Shown: in pieces, positions 39,939 through 48,399 of the stretch | Position numbering within the stretch: the first letter of the stretch is position 1 | How the letters are laid out: the number at the start of each line of letters is the position of its first letter | Assembly: GCA_018663505.1 (NCBI GenBank) | Contig: JABJQG010000020.1 | Span: forward strand, 152,152 to 216,151 | DNA from: Pseudobdellovibrionaceae bacterium | GTDB lineage: Bacteria > Bdellovibrionota > Bdellovibrionia > Bdellovibrionales > UBA1609 | Reading direction: 5' to 3' | Length of the DNA stretch: 64,000 nt | Program-made: the position numbers and the translations under genes | Notes under the pieces: generated by a model | The model's database searches: none | Told to the model about the DNA's origin: nothing | What the model saw: only the letters and a program-made list of their open reading frames with translations

Positions 39939-40544
39939 CTAGAAACAGGTCTTTCTTATGTAAGCGGGACCTGCTTTTCTTTGAACTTCAATCCATCTCT
40001 CATCGATTTGTTGTGTCCATAGCTTCTTTTTCTTTTTAGCTATACCCACTTTACTGCCGTCAACACTTGCAATAGATCTCATGTTGCAGTCTCTGGATAA
40101 TCGACGAAATTTTCCTTTATATTTTTTCTTTTTTGCCTGAGCCACATTTCTTTTTACCACCGGCTTAGCTTGCTTAACCACTAAAGGTGCTTTAGCTTTC
40201 ACAACTGGCGGAGCAACTTTTGGCTGTGGAGGCAGTACTTCTTTTTTAGCAACAACTGGTGCAGAAGCTTTTTCTTCATTTTCTGCCACCTGCTCCTCTT
40301 CTTCTTCATCTACAGGATCCTCTTCATCGTCCTCTTCCACATCCGCATACATATCGTCATCATCAGCATCATCTTCTGCATAGTCGTCATCTTCATCATC
40401 AGAGTACTCTGTTTCTTTAACGTTAGAGTCAGCAAGAAGAGTTTCAAAAATAATCTGCTCCTGTGCTATTGTATTTGGCGCAAAAGCCAACGTTAGAGAT
40501 AAAGCAAAAAATGTGAACAATGTGATTCTTATTTTATTTAGCAT
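39939..40544 (-). CDS. secreted protein with poly-acidic tract, Pro/Lys/Val-rich tract and possible SH3b-like C-terminus
   Basis: 201 aa. Signal peptide, DDEDDDYAEDDADDDDMYADVEEDDEEDPVDEEEEE, then PPQPKVAPPVVKAKAPLVVKQAKPVVK. Confidence 0.5.
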   Translation of the reverse strand: MLNKIRITLFTFFALSLTLAFAPNTIAQEQIIFETLLADSNVKETEYSDDEDDDYAEDDADDDDMYADVEEDDEEDPVDEEEEEQVAENEEKASAPVVAKKEVLPPQPKVAPPVVKAKAPLVVKQAKPVVKRNVAQAKKKKYKGKFRRLSRDCNMRSIASVDGSKVGIAKKKKKLWTQQIDERWIEVQRKAGPAYIRKTCF

Positions 40545-40750
40545 AACGGGTCTCCCTTATTTATGCCTTACATAACGGCATTCCTGCTGTGGGAGTTAAT
40601 GGTTGAGTTGTAATGCTGACCATGGTCTAGGTAAATGACACAGCGGATTTATAAAAGTACGCTGACATGGACTTGAAAAGTAAGTAGAGTATTTGCAAAA
40701 GTAATTGTTAAAATATTTTCCAAATCTGAGACTTAAAAAAGGAGATCTCC

Positions 40751-41254
40751 ATGAAAAAACTACTCCTCGTTGTAGTTAGTGCCCTAAGTTTAAACATTGC
40801 CCAAGCCGCTGTATTTGCTGAGTCAGCCAGCCAGTCTCATAAGGATTCCGTTTATGGAAAACTTGGTTTTTCTCGTGGTGGCCTTGCTATAGCTGGCGAA
40901 TTTGAAAGAAATGTAAATCGTACTTATAGCCTCGGAGCCATTCTGCATATCCAACCTAAAGACGATACTGCTGGAGCCGCTGGTCTTACAGCCATTGGTG
41001 GGTACGTTGGGATGCATATTTTTAAAAGAAGCTGGGACTTTTATGTAAAACCTGGGTTTGGAATACTTATGGCAGACTCCGGGAGCAATAAAGAAACAGC
41101 TTTAGGCCCTCAGTTTAATATGGGTGTAAAGTTTCAGTATTCAAAAGACATTGCCTTTGGCATGGAACGGTCCACTTTTCACGGTTGGTTAGCCAGTGAC
41201 TTTAAAGGAATGATCACTGATGTGGTAATGGCTACTTTTCAGTATGGACTTTAA
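40751..41254 (+). CDS. small outer-membrane beta-barrel protein (OmpW/OmpA-beta-barrel-like)
   Basis: 167 aa. Signal peptide ..NIAQA and an amphipathic strand pattern with Gly/aromatic girdles. Confidence 0.45.
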   Translation: MKKLLLVVVSALSLNIAQAAVFAESASQSHKDSVYGKLGFSRGGLAIAGEFERNVNRTYSLGAILHIQPKDDTAGAAGLTAIGGYVGMHIFKRSWDFYVKPGFGILMADSGSNKETALGPQFNMGVKFQYSKDIAFGMERSTFHGWLASDFKGMITDVVMATFQYGL

Positions 41255-41406
41255 AAATTTTTTACTTTGAAAGAGTGTTTTTTTAGCGCTCTCTCAGATC
41301 CTTACACTTGCTTGTCATTTGGAGCTCAGTGTTTCAACTATACATTGAGCCATCTTGAATCTAACTCTGGCTGATTGTTAAATAAGTAACATTTAAAGGA
41401 GTTTCC

Positions 41407-41760
41407 ATGAAAAGCTTTATATCCATTGGTGCAGGGCTTGCTGCCTTAGCTGTGATTATCGGTGCTTTTGGTGCCCATGCTCTAAAGGCTTCTCTCACAG
41501 CATATGAGTTAGGAATTTTCTCCACAGGCTCTGACTACCATTTTTTCCACGCCTTAGCTCTTGTCTTGCTCGGTATTTTTAATAAAGGGCCTAAGTGGCC
41601 TGGCTATGCTTTTATTGCAGGAATACTCTTATTTTCTGGCAGCCTTTACGCCATTGCCATTTTACATTTGCCTAAACTTGGTATGATTACACCTTTGGGT
41701 GGACTTGCGTTTATTGTGGGCTGGGTGGGGTTTGCAATGAGTGCTCATAAAGCTAAATAA
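41407..41760 (+). CDS. DUF423 (YgdD-like) membrane protein
   Basis: 117 aa with 4 TM segments. Contains the GAFGAHAL motif. Confidence 0.8.
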   Translation: MKSFISIGAGLAALAVIIGAFGAHALKASLTAYELGIFSTGSDYHFFHALALVLLGIFNKGPKWPGYAFIAGILLFSGSLYAIAILHLPKLGMITPLGGLAFIVGWVGFAMSAHKAK

Positions 41761-41763
41761 TAG

Positions 41764-42096
41764 TTATAGTTTCCGGCAAACCGCTTGAACAATAGCACCT
41801 GGCTCACCGCTATTTATTGCATGAGCAACCAATTTTGAACCTGGTGTAAAAATAGTTGTAGATGCACCATATGAGTGACTTATTGATATAGTATAAGTCT
41901 CCTCACCTGTTGATTGTGTGGCTTTAAAAATTCTAAATCTGAAATCACCGAGGGTTGTATTAATAGTATTATTACCGTCAAAAACAAAATCAGAGTCCAA
42001 GTTCACACGGTTGTTTTTTACCTTCAATTTACAATTATAAGATGCAAATGCTGCTGAAGTTTGCATTAACAGAAATAATATAACTATTGTTTTCAT
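41764..42096 (-). CDS. small secreted hypothetical protein (P-palindrome-associated)
   Basis: 110 aa. Signal peptide MKTIVILFLLMQTSAAFA. Palindrome P1 lies 78 nt upstream. Confidence 0.55.
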   Translation of the reverse strand: MKTIVILFLLMQTSAAFASYNCKLKVKNNRVNLDSDFVFDGNNTINTTLGDFRFRIFKATQSTGEETYTISISHSYGASTTIFTPGSKLVAHAINSGEPGAIVQAVCRKL

Positions 42097-42174
42097 AGTT
42101 CCCCCTCTTAGTTTTTATCACATAAACACTATCCGTCTGTAATCTGCAGAGTCAAATAACATTAAAATAAACTA

Positions 42175-42190
42175 TGGGCAAACTTGCCCA
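42175..42190 (-). promoter_or_regulatory. P1: 16 bp palindrome TGGGCAA-NN-TTGCCCA, candidate operator
   Basis: Read towards the 41764..42096 gene it is GTGGGCAAGTTTGCCCATAGTTTATT. This is nearly identical to P4 including the asymmetric 3' flank. Confidence 0.55.
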
Positions 42191-42720
42191 CATTCATTTA
42201 ACAATTGATAAATAACATACTGGTTTACTAGAGAGGAATGGTTAGAAAACTACCCTGCTGGGTTTTCAAAAATGCATAAGTAAACCTAACTTTAAACTGG
42301 ATTAGGGTAAACATCAATAATTCAACTGAGGTTGAGTTATTTTTATATAGTGTGGAAATTATTTATGAAAAGATTTTTAAAACTTAGGATTCTCTCTTCT
42401 ATATCAAAAATAATTCTTGATGATCTTCCAGAAGTAGACTCCAAGTTTAAAATGTAGGAAAGGCACGTTCACTTGGAATTTTTTACAATTGATAGATTTA
42501 AAACACTAATCAGCTAATTTTGATTTTCGGTTCTGAAACGCTGATATCCAATCTTTCCGATATTTTAAAGCTAGCGTTCGTGATCAAATATTAAGAAATC
42601 ATTTGTTATAATGTACATTATTTTTACAACTCAAGATATTTTACAAGATGTCCATATAAACAAGAAAGTTTTATATAAATTTGATATTATAGTAAAAATT
42701 AAATTTCTTAGGAGATATAT

Positions 42721-43161
42721 TTGAAAAATATTATAGTATTATTAACCTTAATTTTTGGAGTATACCCAACTTATGTTTTTGCAACAGAGAACGCTTTGGA
42801 TACAGCTGGTGATATTTTAAAACATCAAACTCTTAAAAATTATGTAAGTGAGAACCTTCAAGTTGACCCCTCATCTGTTTATTACTTTTTTGCAGGTATT
42901 AGACCCATCAAATATGGAACTAAGAACCAAATTCGTACCAGTGAGCACCTTCTTACTTACACTCATTCATACTATGATAATACATTATGCCAATTGAAAG
43001 TTACGACCCGAAAGCCATTAGTTGAGACTGTTATTGTTCCCAAAAATAAGCAGTTTCAAATTGAAAAACTTTGTTGGCCTTCAAAACCAGGAGTTTTAGA
43101 TTCTAATGATCCTACATTTGAGAGTCTAACTAAAGAACCTTTTATAAATTTATTTTACTGA
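42721..43161 (+). CDS. small secreted hypothetical protein
   Basis: 146 aa from a TTG start preceded by AGGAG. Signal peptide ..YVFA. Confidence 0.5.
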   Translation: MKNIIVLLTLIFGVYPTYVFATENALDTAGDILKHQTLKNYVSENLQVDPSSVYYFFAGIRPIKYGTKNQIRTSEHLLTYTHSYYDNTLCQLKVTTRKPLVETVIVPKNKQFQIEKLCWPSKPGVLDSNDPTFESLTKEPFINLFY

Positions 43162-43183
43162 TTAAAAAAATAAGAGGCCTAGC

Positions 43184-44128
43184 TTACTTCACAACAAAAA
43201 GACCTGACCCCCAAGTTCCAATAACTAGTAAATTACTTTTTGTCTTAACATGAACCACAGGTATTTGAGCTAAACTATGTTTGTATACACCTGTTGCTAA
43301 ATTCAAATTTATAAGACCATTATCCCAAGTTCCTAAGATTAATTCACCTGAACTTAGATACGAAGCCGATGAAAAAGATTTTGAAATTCCAGGGAATTTA
43401 AGTTCTTCCCACTCTTCTTCTTTATTGGTAGAACGTAAAACTCCTTTTTTCTCTGAGACAACAACTACTTCATTTATGTTTAATGGATTTACTTCGGCAA
43501 AAAATGGAGACTCAATTTCAATAATGGAGTTCCATGTGTTTCCAGAGTCTTTAGATAGGTAAACTCTACCATCCAAAGATGAAGCTGTTATCACCTGACC
43601 ACTTGCCAGCACATTTAATGACCAAAAAAATTCATTGGGTACCTTTAACTTTTTCCAATTTAAACCACCATCAATGCTTTTAAATAGTCCACTATCTGAT
43701 GTGGCAAGATACACTTCTAAAGGAGAACTTTCCACAATTTTTATATCCCTTATATCAGAAGAAGAAATTGTCTTTGATTTCTTAAAACTATTTCCATTAT
43801 CCATTGATAGAAATAAGCCATGCTTCCACGTGCCTGCAAGAATTAATTTAGGAGTATATGCTACGGATTGAACGTCGGTGGCTTGGGGTGACAGTGGTTT
43901 ACCACTGTTCAGGACTTTCCAAGTTTTCCCAAAATTTCTACTTTCATAAACAAATGCTGAGCCAACGGCGGCCCCCTTGTTTCCAACTAAAATTTTATTT
44001 GTACTTTGATAATCAAGGCTTAATGAACGAACAACTTTCCCTTTAAGGCTATGAATAACTTCTGCTGTACTAGAAAAAGTGAAAAGAAATAAAGATAAAA
44101 AAATATTAAACTTTAAAAAAATAATCAT
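43184..44128 (-). CDS. BNR/Asp-box repeat beta-propeller protein, secreted
   Basis: 314 aa. Repeated SxDxGxTW-type boxes: SRNFGKTW, SMDNGNSF, SIDGGLNW, SKDSGNTW. Confidence 0.7.
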   Translation of the reverse strand: MIIFLKFNIFLSLFLFTFSSTAEVIHSLKGKVVRSLSLDYQSTNKILVGNKGAAVGSAFVYESRNFGKTWKVLNSGKPLSPQATDVQSVAYTPKLILAGTWKHGLFLSMDNGNSFKKSKTISSSDIRDIKIVESSPLEVYLATSDSGLFKSIDGGLNWKKLKVPNEFFWSLNVLASGQVITASSLDGRVYLSKDSGNTWNSIIEIESPFFAEVNPLNINEVVVVSEKKGVLRSTNKEEEWEELKFPGISKSFSSASYLSSGELILGTWDNGLINLNLATGVYKHSLAQIPVVHVKTKSNLLVIGTWGSGLFVVK

Positions 44129-44303
44129 ACTAACCCCTTAGCTTTATTGAATATACAATTTATTTCTGCCAACATGATAACCTTATTTCGTTTCTAGAAC
44201 ACTATCATACTCCGTAGTTATAATGGCACAAAAAATCATTAAGAATTTTTCCAATGTAGTCCCTTGAAAATTAAGCGTTAACTCATTTTATTCAAGCCAC
44301 TAT

Positions 44304-44582
44304 TTATTTATCATCTGTGCCTAGACATCTAAAGGCAGCGGACACTTCAATATGACTGTATGTACCTACACAGCGATTAGAAGTATTCCACTCAGAGACT
44401 TGCTCTACTTCTGATTTACACTTACTTTCAGCGTCTTTTATAGCAATAAGTATCGCTGATTTAACATGTTCATTGTCTCCACATGGTATACTCATATTTT
44501 CTCCTGATGAACCAACGATAAGATCAATTGCGTGTAAATTTATAGATGTTAATATTATCAAAGCTTGCATTAATTTAAACAT
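44304..44582 (-). CDS. small secreted Cys-containing hypothetical protein
   Basis: The track ORF extends to 44687. ATG at 44582 has AAAGGAG 6 nt upstream and begins a signal peptide (MFKLMQALIILTSINLHA). Confidence 0.5.
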   Translation of the reverse strand: MFKLMQALIILTSINLHAIDLIVGSSGENMSIPCGDNEHVKSAILIAIKDAESKCKSEVEQVSEWNTSNRCVGTYSHIEVSAAFRCLGTDDK

Positions 44583-44759
44583 GGTAACTCCTTTATTATT
44601 TTTTATACTGTCTCCCAAGAGTAGATATAAATATAATAAGTAATCTTTATTACTATGATAGTTATAATTAATGATTAAAAACCCCAATACACTGATTAAT
44701 TTTTCACATCAACCCTGTGCTTTAAGGTATGTTTTAGCAGCTTAGACTTGGCTCTGAAC

Positions 44760-44779
44760 AACCTATACTGTTTTAGTGA
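44760..44779. repeat. left copy of a 20 nt inverted repeat (AACCTATACTGTTTTAGTGA)
   Basis: Its reverse complement occurs at 45953..45972 with 19/20 identity. The pair brackets the 45014..45706 gene. Confidence 0.7.
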
Positions 44780-45013
44780 CAAAGAGTCCTTTATGACCAC
44801 GGCCTTGATTAACGATATTTCTTTCTAAAAATTATTAATTTTACGAGAAAATCAAAATGTAGTTAAACTCACTATAATTTAAAAGTTCCATAAAAATCTA
44901 ATCAACGGGGCGCACTCCAATAGACATAGTTCTATTCGTTATGTCTGATTAACGAGGTAACAATTAATCTTCAGATATTTTTTATAAAATTTTGCATATT
45001 ACTAAAGTATCTA

Positions 45014-45706
45014 TCAATGACAAACTTTTGGATTGCAGTCAAAATTGAAAGGGTCACGACAATATCTTCCAGGGTGAAAATCCCATGAAACAGGTGTGAA
45101 TTCAAAATCAAACTGCTTTAACTCTTTATTCGAGTCCGCTTTATAAAAAATCATAGATGCTGTATTTTTTAAAGTCTGTCCAAAATCGCTGCTCCAAATT
45201 AACAAATTTAAGTCTGGGTCAAAAACAGGTCGAACATTCAAGTCTTCGGTGTAGGGAAAATAGTTAGGTAACCATGTATACTCAATTGAATCAAACTCAA
45301 GCCAATAGGAAGGGGTGGCATCAAAACGGGCATGATGAGGGCTTAAATCAGAGTTCATATATGCTACTAATCGATAGATGTCTTTAAACTTCAAGCGTTC
45401 ACTATTTGCTGAAGAAAAATCTCCTTCATAATTTATTTCTACTCCAAGTCCACCGGAGTACTGTTTACCTCTAAGACTAATAAGTCCTTTTTCTAGCACT
45501 AGTTCGCGAGGTTCATTTTTATCACAGTAAACAGGTCTAAATCGATGATTACCTTTTGGTAACCAAGAACACCCTTTTGAATAAACGCTTATTTTAAAAT
45601 TAGTTGAAACGAAAGTAGGATCTTGACATCTTATCTGAGAAAGATCTGAGTTACTGGCCCATGAAAATGTTGAATAGATTAGTATCAAAATAATAAAAAA
45701 CTTCAT
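45014..45706 (-). CDS. secreted hypothetical protein (P-palindrome-associated)
   Basis: The track ORF extends to 45760. The start at 45706 gives signal peptide MKFFIILILIYSTFSWA. Palindrome P2 lies 93 nt upstream. Confidence 0.55.
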   Translation of the reverse strand: MKFFIILILIYSTFSWASNSDLSQIRCQDPTFVSTNFKISVYSKGCSWLPKGNHRFRPVYCDKNEPRELVLEKGLISLRGKQYSGGLGVEINYEGDFSSANSERLKFKDIYRLVAYMNSDLSPHHARFDATPSYWLEFDSIEYTWLPNYFPYTEDLNVRPVFDPDLNLLIWSSDFGQTLKNTASMIFYKADSNKELKQFDFEFTPVSWDFHPGRYCRDPFNFDCNPKVCH

Positions 45707-45799
45707 ACCGTTTCCCCTAGTAAAGCAATAACTATAAGATTCAAGGATGCATACAATCACAGAATTTTATTTTTAACAATACCATGAGAGTAAATATTG

Positions 45800-45815
45800 C
45801 GGGCAACTTTGCCAA
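45800..45815 (-). promoter_or_regulatory. P2: palindrome variant TTGGCAAAGTTGCCCG, candidate operator
   Basis: Read towards the gene it is ACGTTGGCAAAGTTGCCCGCAATA. This matches P5 at 23 of 24 positions. Confidence 0.5.
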
Positions 45816-45952
45816 CGTATTTATTTTTCACGTCAACAACCCAATCTCAAATATCCAAAATTTTATTTTAAGGTACTGAGATCGAGATATTTTAAGTTTT
45901 CTGTGTTTTAAAACTGGTGTTTGAGATCAAATATTATGGAAATCTTATTTTC

Positions 45953-45972
45953 TCACTAACACAGTATAGGTT
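45953..45972. repeat. right copy of the 20 nt inverted repeat
   Basis: TCACTAACACAGTATAGGTT is the reverse complement of 44760..44779 with one mismatch. Confidence 0.7.
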
Positions 45973-46028
45973 ATGCAAGAATTTCCTTATGTAGTTCAAA
46001 ATCACCGAAAAGCGCAGGCTTTCTGTTC

Positions 46029-46048
46029 CAACCTGTTTATTTATCATT
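46029..46048 (+). repeat. E1: 20-mer CAACCTGTTTATTTATCATT shared by LRR gene upstream regions
   Basis: Identical 20-mer at 47437..47456. Both copies sit 25-28 nt upstream of a P palindrome. Confidence 0.75.
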
Positions 46049-46073
46049 GGGTTTTAAATTGAAAAATTAACTG

Positions 46074-46089
46074 CGGGCAGGATTGCCCA
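46074..46089 (+). promoter_or_regulatory. P3: degenerate palindrome CGGGCAGGATTGCCCA, candidate operator
   Basis: 70 nt upstream of the LRR gene start. Followed by TAGATTT, like P1 and P4. Confidence 0.45.
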
Positions 46090-46159
46090 TAGATTTTTTT
46101 AAATCTATTTGACGTTGAGAATATAATTTGTTCTTTCATCCTCAAACCAAGGGGGAAAT

Positions 46160-47068
46160 ATGATAAAAAAAATATTTACAATCACAGCATTATTAAGTTT
46201 TACGTTAAATGTCCAGGCACATATAAAAGTAACACCTGGAAAGTGCTTTCAGTTTAACATGCTTGGAAATGGTTTAGAGATCACACATTATGACACGTCA
46301 TGCTCAAAGGATGTTGTAATACCACGTGAGGCGAGCGGGAGAGAAGTTGTAAGCATTGGGGAGTCTGCTTTTAGTCGACAAGAGCTGACCTCAATATTAA
46401 TCCCAGAAAGCATCAAGGTAATTAAGTCATGGGCATTTGCTAGTAATAAGCTAAAAACAGTTGAAATTCCAGACAGCGTGACGAAAATCGGTGAAGAGGC
46501 ATTTAATAGAAATAATCTGGAGTCTGTTAAGATTGGAGTGGGCTTAACTGAAATTGAGTATGGTACCTTTGCTCGCAACAGACTAACCTCAATCGATATT
46601 CCAGGTAATGTAAAAGTTATTGGGTGGGAAGCATTTACTGATAATATGTTAGGTACGTTGGTATTACCGTATGGAGTTACGAATATTGAAAGAGATGCAT
46701 TTAGCTACAATAAATTAACTTATGTTTATCTTCCTGATAGTGTTAGATCGATTAAACATCAAGCATTTCTAAAAAATAATCTTATCACCATAAATCTCCC
46801 TGATAGCCTAACATACCTTGGAGGAAGTGCTTTTGCTTATAATGACCTAGTTTCAATTGTAATACCTGTGGGGATCACAAAAATTAGAAGAGCTACATTT
46901 CTTTCAAATAAATTAAGATCAATTGTAATTCCAGATAGTGTAACCTCTATTGCGGAAAGGGCTTTTTCATATAATTATTTAAGAACAGTTGAAATTCCAG
47001 CTAACACTTCGATCAATGAGCAAGGGTTTGATTCATTTGATGATTTTGTCAAAATTATTAGAAGATGA
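46160..47068 (+). CDS. BspA-type leucine-rich repeat (LRR_5) protein, secreted
   Basis: 302 aa. Signal peptide. About 10 tandem ~23-aa repeats of the type IPxSVxxIGxxAFxxNxLxS. Confidence 0.8.
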   Translation: MIKKIFTITALLSFTLNVQAHIKVTPGKCFQFNMLGNGLEITHYDTSCSKDVVIPREASGREVVSIGESAFSRQELTSILIPESIKVIKSWAFASNKLKTVEIPDSVTKIGEEAFNRNNLESVKIGVGLTEIEYGTFARNRLTSIDIPGNVKVIGWEAFTDNMLGTLVLPYGVTNIERDAFSYNKLTYVYLPDSVRSIKHQAFLKNNLITINLPDSLTYLGGSAFAYNDLVSIVIPVGITKIRRATFLSNKLRSIVIPDSVTSIAERAFSYNYLRTVEIPANTSINEQGFDSFDDFVKIIRR

Positions 47069-47125
47069 AATTAATAAAACGATTATTTAAGGGTTGTATA
47101 CTGCCTAACATTTGTAATCATAACC

Positions 47126-47156
47126 CTTGTTTTCCACGAAGGTTTTCATCGAAAAG
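47126..47156 (+). repeat. C1: 31 nt module CTTGTTTTCCACGAAGGTTTTCATCGAAAAG
   Basis: 31/31 identical to 56781..56811. Both copies lie just downstream of + strand secreted-protein genes. Confidence 0.8.
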
Positions 47157-47182
47157 CACAGTTGAAATGATTGGTAGCTAAT

Positions 47183-47219
47183 GCACAGGCCATGAAAAAA
47201 ATCGTGGCTATCAATCAAG
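47183..47219 (+). repeat. D1: 37 nt module with hairpin GCCAYGA-A6-TCGTGGC
   Basis: GCACAGGCCATGAAAAAAATCGTGGCTATCAATCAAG. Second copy at 48323..48359 (35/37). Each lies 80-115 nt after an LRR gene stop. Confidence 0.75.
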
Positions 47220-47375
47220 TAGTTTGACCTGCGCCCCTCTGCTGAGACACTGTCCAGGATTCATTCAGGTTTATAGTTAAATTTTGAATGCTAAATCTTT
47301 CTAATAAATCGGTGGACTTTTTCTAAACTAGTAAATTTAGATACCTGAAAATCAATGTTTTGAATCACAGAGAAG

Positions 47376-47432
47376 AAAGGTACTGACACACTTCTGAGAC
47401 ACGGTGGGTCTCAGAAGTGTGTCAGTACCTTT
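47376..47432. repeat. B1: type B perfect hairpin (25 bp stem, 7 nt loop)
   Basis: AAAGGTACTGACACACTTCTGAGAC-ACGGTGG-GTCTCAGAAGTGTGTCAGTACCTTT. I verified the arm complementarity base by base. Confidence 0.9.
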
Positions 47433-47436
47433 CCTT

Positions 47437-47456
47437 CAACCTGTTTATTTATCATT
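47437..47456 (+). repeat. E2: second copy of the 20-mer CAACCTGTTTATTTATCATT
   Basis: Identical to 46029..46048. Confidence 0.75.
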
Positions 47457-47484
47457 TGTTTTCCGACTGTGAAAAAAATATAGG

Positions 47485-47500
47485 TGGGCAAACTTGCCCA
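47485..47500 (+). promoter_or_regulatory. P4: 16 bp palindrome TGGGCAAACTTGCCCA, candidate operator
   Basis: 128 nt upstream of the second LRR gene. Perfect 7 bp arms. The flank ATAGTTTATT is shared with P1. Confidence 0.55.
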
Positions 47501-47628
47501 TAGTTTATTGTAGATCAATTTTTGTTTTCATCTACTCTTATGATATATTACATTTTAAGAGCGTGATTAAAATTTTCTACTCTTGAATAAATATTTAGAA
47601 AATATGAACAAAATGAAAAGGATATTTT

Positions 47629-48240
47629 ATGAAAGAAATTATTTTTGGATTAACACTTTTGACCTCACTGATATCATTTGGGGAGGTACCTGGCAGTACT
47701 GAACATATTGAGCCTGGCGCCTTTTCTAGCCTAATATCTCTTGAGCAGGTCGATCTTAGCAACGCAAGCTCACCGACCACCCCTACTGAGTGTTTTCAAT
47801 TTGCTGAACTCGAAAACGATATTATTATTACTGCTTATTTTCAATGGAGGGGTGATGAATGCACAAAGGATGTTTCAATACCTTCTCATATTAATGGTAA
47901 AAGAGTTACCACTATCGGGTATAAAGCACTTAATGAATTAGGGCTTACATCTTTGAAACTACCTAATACTATAACTTTAATTGAAGGTTATGCATGCTCT
48001 CAAAACAACATCAAAGACTTGGTAATACCGAGCAGTGTCATTTTTATTGGCTATGGTGCTTTTTTAAATAATCCTCAACTATCTAAGTTGACTCTTTCTG
48101 GTCAACTTAAAGTGATTAGCAATCGGGCATTCAGAGATACTAATTTAAGTACTATAGAAGTTTTCCATTTAACACAAGAGAACTCAGATTCGTTTGATGA
48201 CGACGTAGAAATTGTAAAGAAATATACTCGTGAATTTTAG
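47629..48240 (+). CDS. BspA-type leucine-rich repeat (LRR_5) protein, secreted (short paralog)
   Basis: 203 aa. Shares ECFQF..C.KDV.IP....G..V..IG and a C-terminal DSFDD.V.I block with the 46160 gene. Confidence 0.75.
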   Translation: MKEIIFGLTLLTSLISFGEVPGSTEHIEPGAFSSLISLEQVDLSNASSPTTPTECFQFAELENDIIITAYFQWRGDECTKDVSIPSHINGKRVTTIGYKALNELGLTSLKLPNTITLIEGYACSQNNIKDLVIPSSVIFIGYGAFLNNPQLSKLTLSGQLKVISNRAFRDTNLSTIEVFHLTQENSDSFDDDVEIVKKYTREF

Positions 48241-48322
48241 AATTAAAAGCTTGTAACTCAAATGACTTGGTATCAACCTAATCTTGGACCGATGAACTAA
48301 GAGAAAGTGATCGGTCCGTAAA

Positions 48323-48359
48323 GCACAGGCCACGAAAAAAATCGTGGCTATGAATCAAG
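48323..48359 (+). repeat. D2: second copy of the 37 nt D module
   Basis: GCACAGGCCACGAAAAAAATCGTGGCTATGAATCAAG. Confidence 0.75.
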
Positions 48360-48399
48360 GATTTTCCACAATTAATATTGCTCAAAAATTCATAGTTAC

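Noticed and set aside
42097-42720. 620 nt gene-free spacer: looked for a missed gene, tRNA or small ORF (for example the 29-codon ORF starting at about 42365)
   Set aside because: I found no ORF with an RBS plus a plausible product and no tRNA-like cloverleaf or T-loop sequence. The spacer instead contains P1 and repeat modules shared with 45.9 kb.
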